Positions 62,105 through 64,000 of a stretch of 64,000 nt of DNA are shown in pieces (the stretch's first letter is position 1; each line of letters begins with the position of its first letter). The stretch covers positions 14,880,001 to 14,944,000 of the forward strand of contig CM059448.1 of NCBI GenBank assembly GCA_030390025.1. Reading direction: 5' to 3'. The stretch comes from Squalus acanthias (lineage: Eukaryota). The notes under the pieces are model-generated. The model was not told the DNA's origin. It searched no databases and worked only from the letters and a program-made list of their open reading frames with translations. A program made the position numbers and the translations under genes.

Positions 62105-64000
62105 GATCTCGCAGGGCATGGGTAGAAAAAGAGAGTCGGAGTCAGAGTACTTTGCCGTACATGTCCTTGCATTTTACCTGAAAGACGTGCTGTAATTGCT
62201 TTTGCTTGTGGCATTATTCGATCAAATCGGGCCCTTTTATTTGGAGGTCAGTACTGAGTAATGGCTTCCAACTTTGTGCCAGATTTGGGAAGGCTTGTGA
62301 AAAAAGGTCCTTTTGAAGATACTTTATGTTATACATGGCAACATAATATTTCCAATGGGTGATTGTTCGACTTTCCAGCAACCTCACCAGCAACATTCAC
62401 AGCCTACCCTTCAATTAACTTGTGACTTTTTAAAAAAAAATCTTCCCATTATCAAAGTAACTTAAACTTTTAAATCTCACAGGCATGCCGACTGAAATAA
62501 CTTTAAAATGCACATTCATACAGTAAAATCATTGCCATTAATTATTTGCAACTTGAACAAAATCAGAACATGAAATATTTATCAAAAACATGCCAGAAAA
62601 TACAGCACCGAATGCAGTCAACTTTCTCAGTACAATAGGATCAAAGTTCATTTATTGACTAAATACTTGCCGTCTGGATTACTTTTCAGACCTAGTGGTA
62701 CTTAAACCTAGTGGACTTTCCTGCTATGGAGAAAGCTTTACTCAAGCACAGAAGCTCTGCTCAGACTCCACACCTCAGCACCCCCACCTTATGACTGTTA
62801 AATTGCAGATTTCTCTCCAAAATAAACCAAATAGAAACTGGATTTGAATGAGGCATTGGTAAATTTGTTCTCTGTTTCACTTATGCTACCCCACTCTCAG
62901 TAAAAGAATACTAATGGGACACATAACAGGTACATAATGTGCACTACCTGGGTTTATCATAAACAATCAAACTATTTTCAGCAATTAATTGAATCTTCAT
63001 AAGGAATTTCATTTAAAATCCCCAAAATATACTGAAATACTCTGATAACGGAGAAGTTGTGGCAACACTCGATATCCAAAAATCACTGAATATTGAACAA
63101 AGCCTTCAATCTCACTGAAGTACGGTACTTTAACTGATTTTTAAACATTTAAATAAGCAAATCTAAGGTTATAAAGTTCAGTCGAGACTTTACCGAAATT
63201 TTCTGAAGCATAACACTCACTTCTGTTTTATTAAAATCCTTAATTAGATCTCCTAATACAGTACATACTGTCACTATCTGCAATGCTGAAATGAACAAAG
63301 GTATCCAAAGCAGTGGATTTACTGCAAGTGGGAGAATTTATCTAATTCCTAACATTTATTAACATAGCTATAGCACAGTATTTACCAAAGAGTCATATTT
63401 TCCATTTTCAGAACAAAAATTAAATATTTTTACAGTGCTCCAATGAACGGAGGTTATCAAAAAAATTTTTTTTATAAAGCTAAACAAGGTCCACTCCCTC
63501 ACCATGACTATTGGCTAATGACTGACTGGTGTGGCATGATGCTGAACTGACATGGAAGTTCCTAGTGCAGAGTTTGGTGATCTCGGACAAAAGCACCAGT
63601 GAAGGCATTAGAATGAACACCTTGGACTGGGTTGGAGAGGGAGGCGGGTGGGGGTATATGACTAGGTTTCCTGCCTTTACCATGCATCTAACCCAGACAA
63701 CCCCTAATCTGGGACACTGGATGGGAGAGGGGAAAGCATTCCCCAGCACTGAAATACTCACCATTAATGATCATAAAAACAAATTGAAAAGGGAAGTACC
63801 TGAATGCAAGTTTATGTGGAGTTGAAAACTAGGTCCTGCAAAATAAAGTGTAGAGACCAGTTTTGATTATTTTGGTGCCAGAGTTCAAAAAAACTTGATT
63901 TTTTTCCCCCACTCATTTGAATGACCCAATAATTTGATTACAGAACACTGCTATCGTTTTTTAAAAAGGCTAGGTTGCTACAATTTTATGAACACACACT

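Noticed and set aside
62178-62214. ATG...TCA G/gtaaaa as a first coding exon
   Set aside because: The phase 1 donor is out of frame with the phase 2 acceptor at 48724
48725-64000. Canonical SSH2 exons 1-2 (MALVTVQRSP..., EADSGEEEC...)
   Set aside because: Not found by eye; presumed to lie beyond the window end

Overview
Vertebrate genomic DNA, most likely a shark or other chondrichthyan judging by the CR1/HER1-type LINEs, HE1/V-SINE and Penelope-type repeats. The window is almost entirely the slingshot phosphatase gene SSH2 on the minus strand. Thirteen coding exons (equivalent to human exons 3-15, 48724 down to the stop at 4968) were traced by hand with GT-AG sites and consistent phases, followed by a probable ~3.4 kb 3'UTR. 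The two usual first exons were not found here. The penultimate exon has a reading-frame break near 8933-8970. The introns contain: an intronless CYP1A retrocopy; CR1 and L2 LINEs and SINEs; Harbinger-, hAT- and Tigger-like MITEs; a 177-bp inverted duplication; and a candidate alternative first exon (MMCC...) with promoter motifs. They also hold short Penelope-like insertions from two families, each headed by a minimal hammerhead ribozyme. These have target-site duplications, are repeatedly truncated at the ribozyme's 5' edge, and in three cases fold back into hairpins. There is one assembly gap (34700-34838). All family assignments come from motif recognition; no database search was run.
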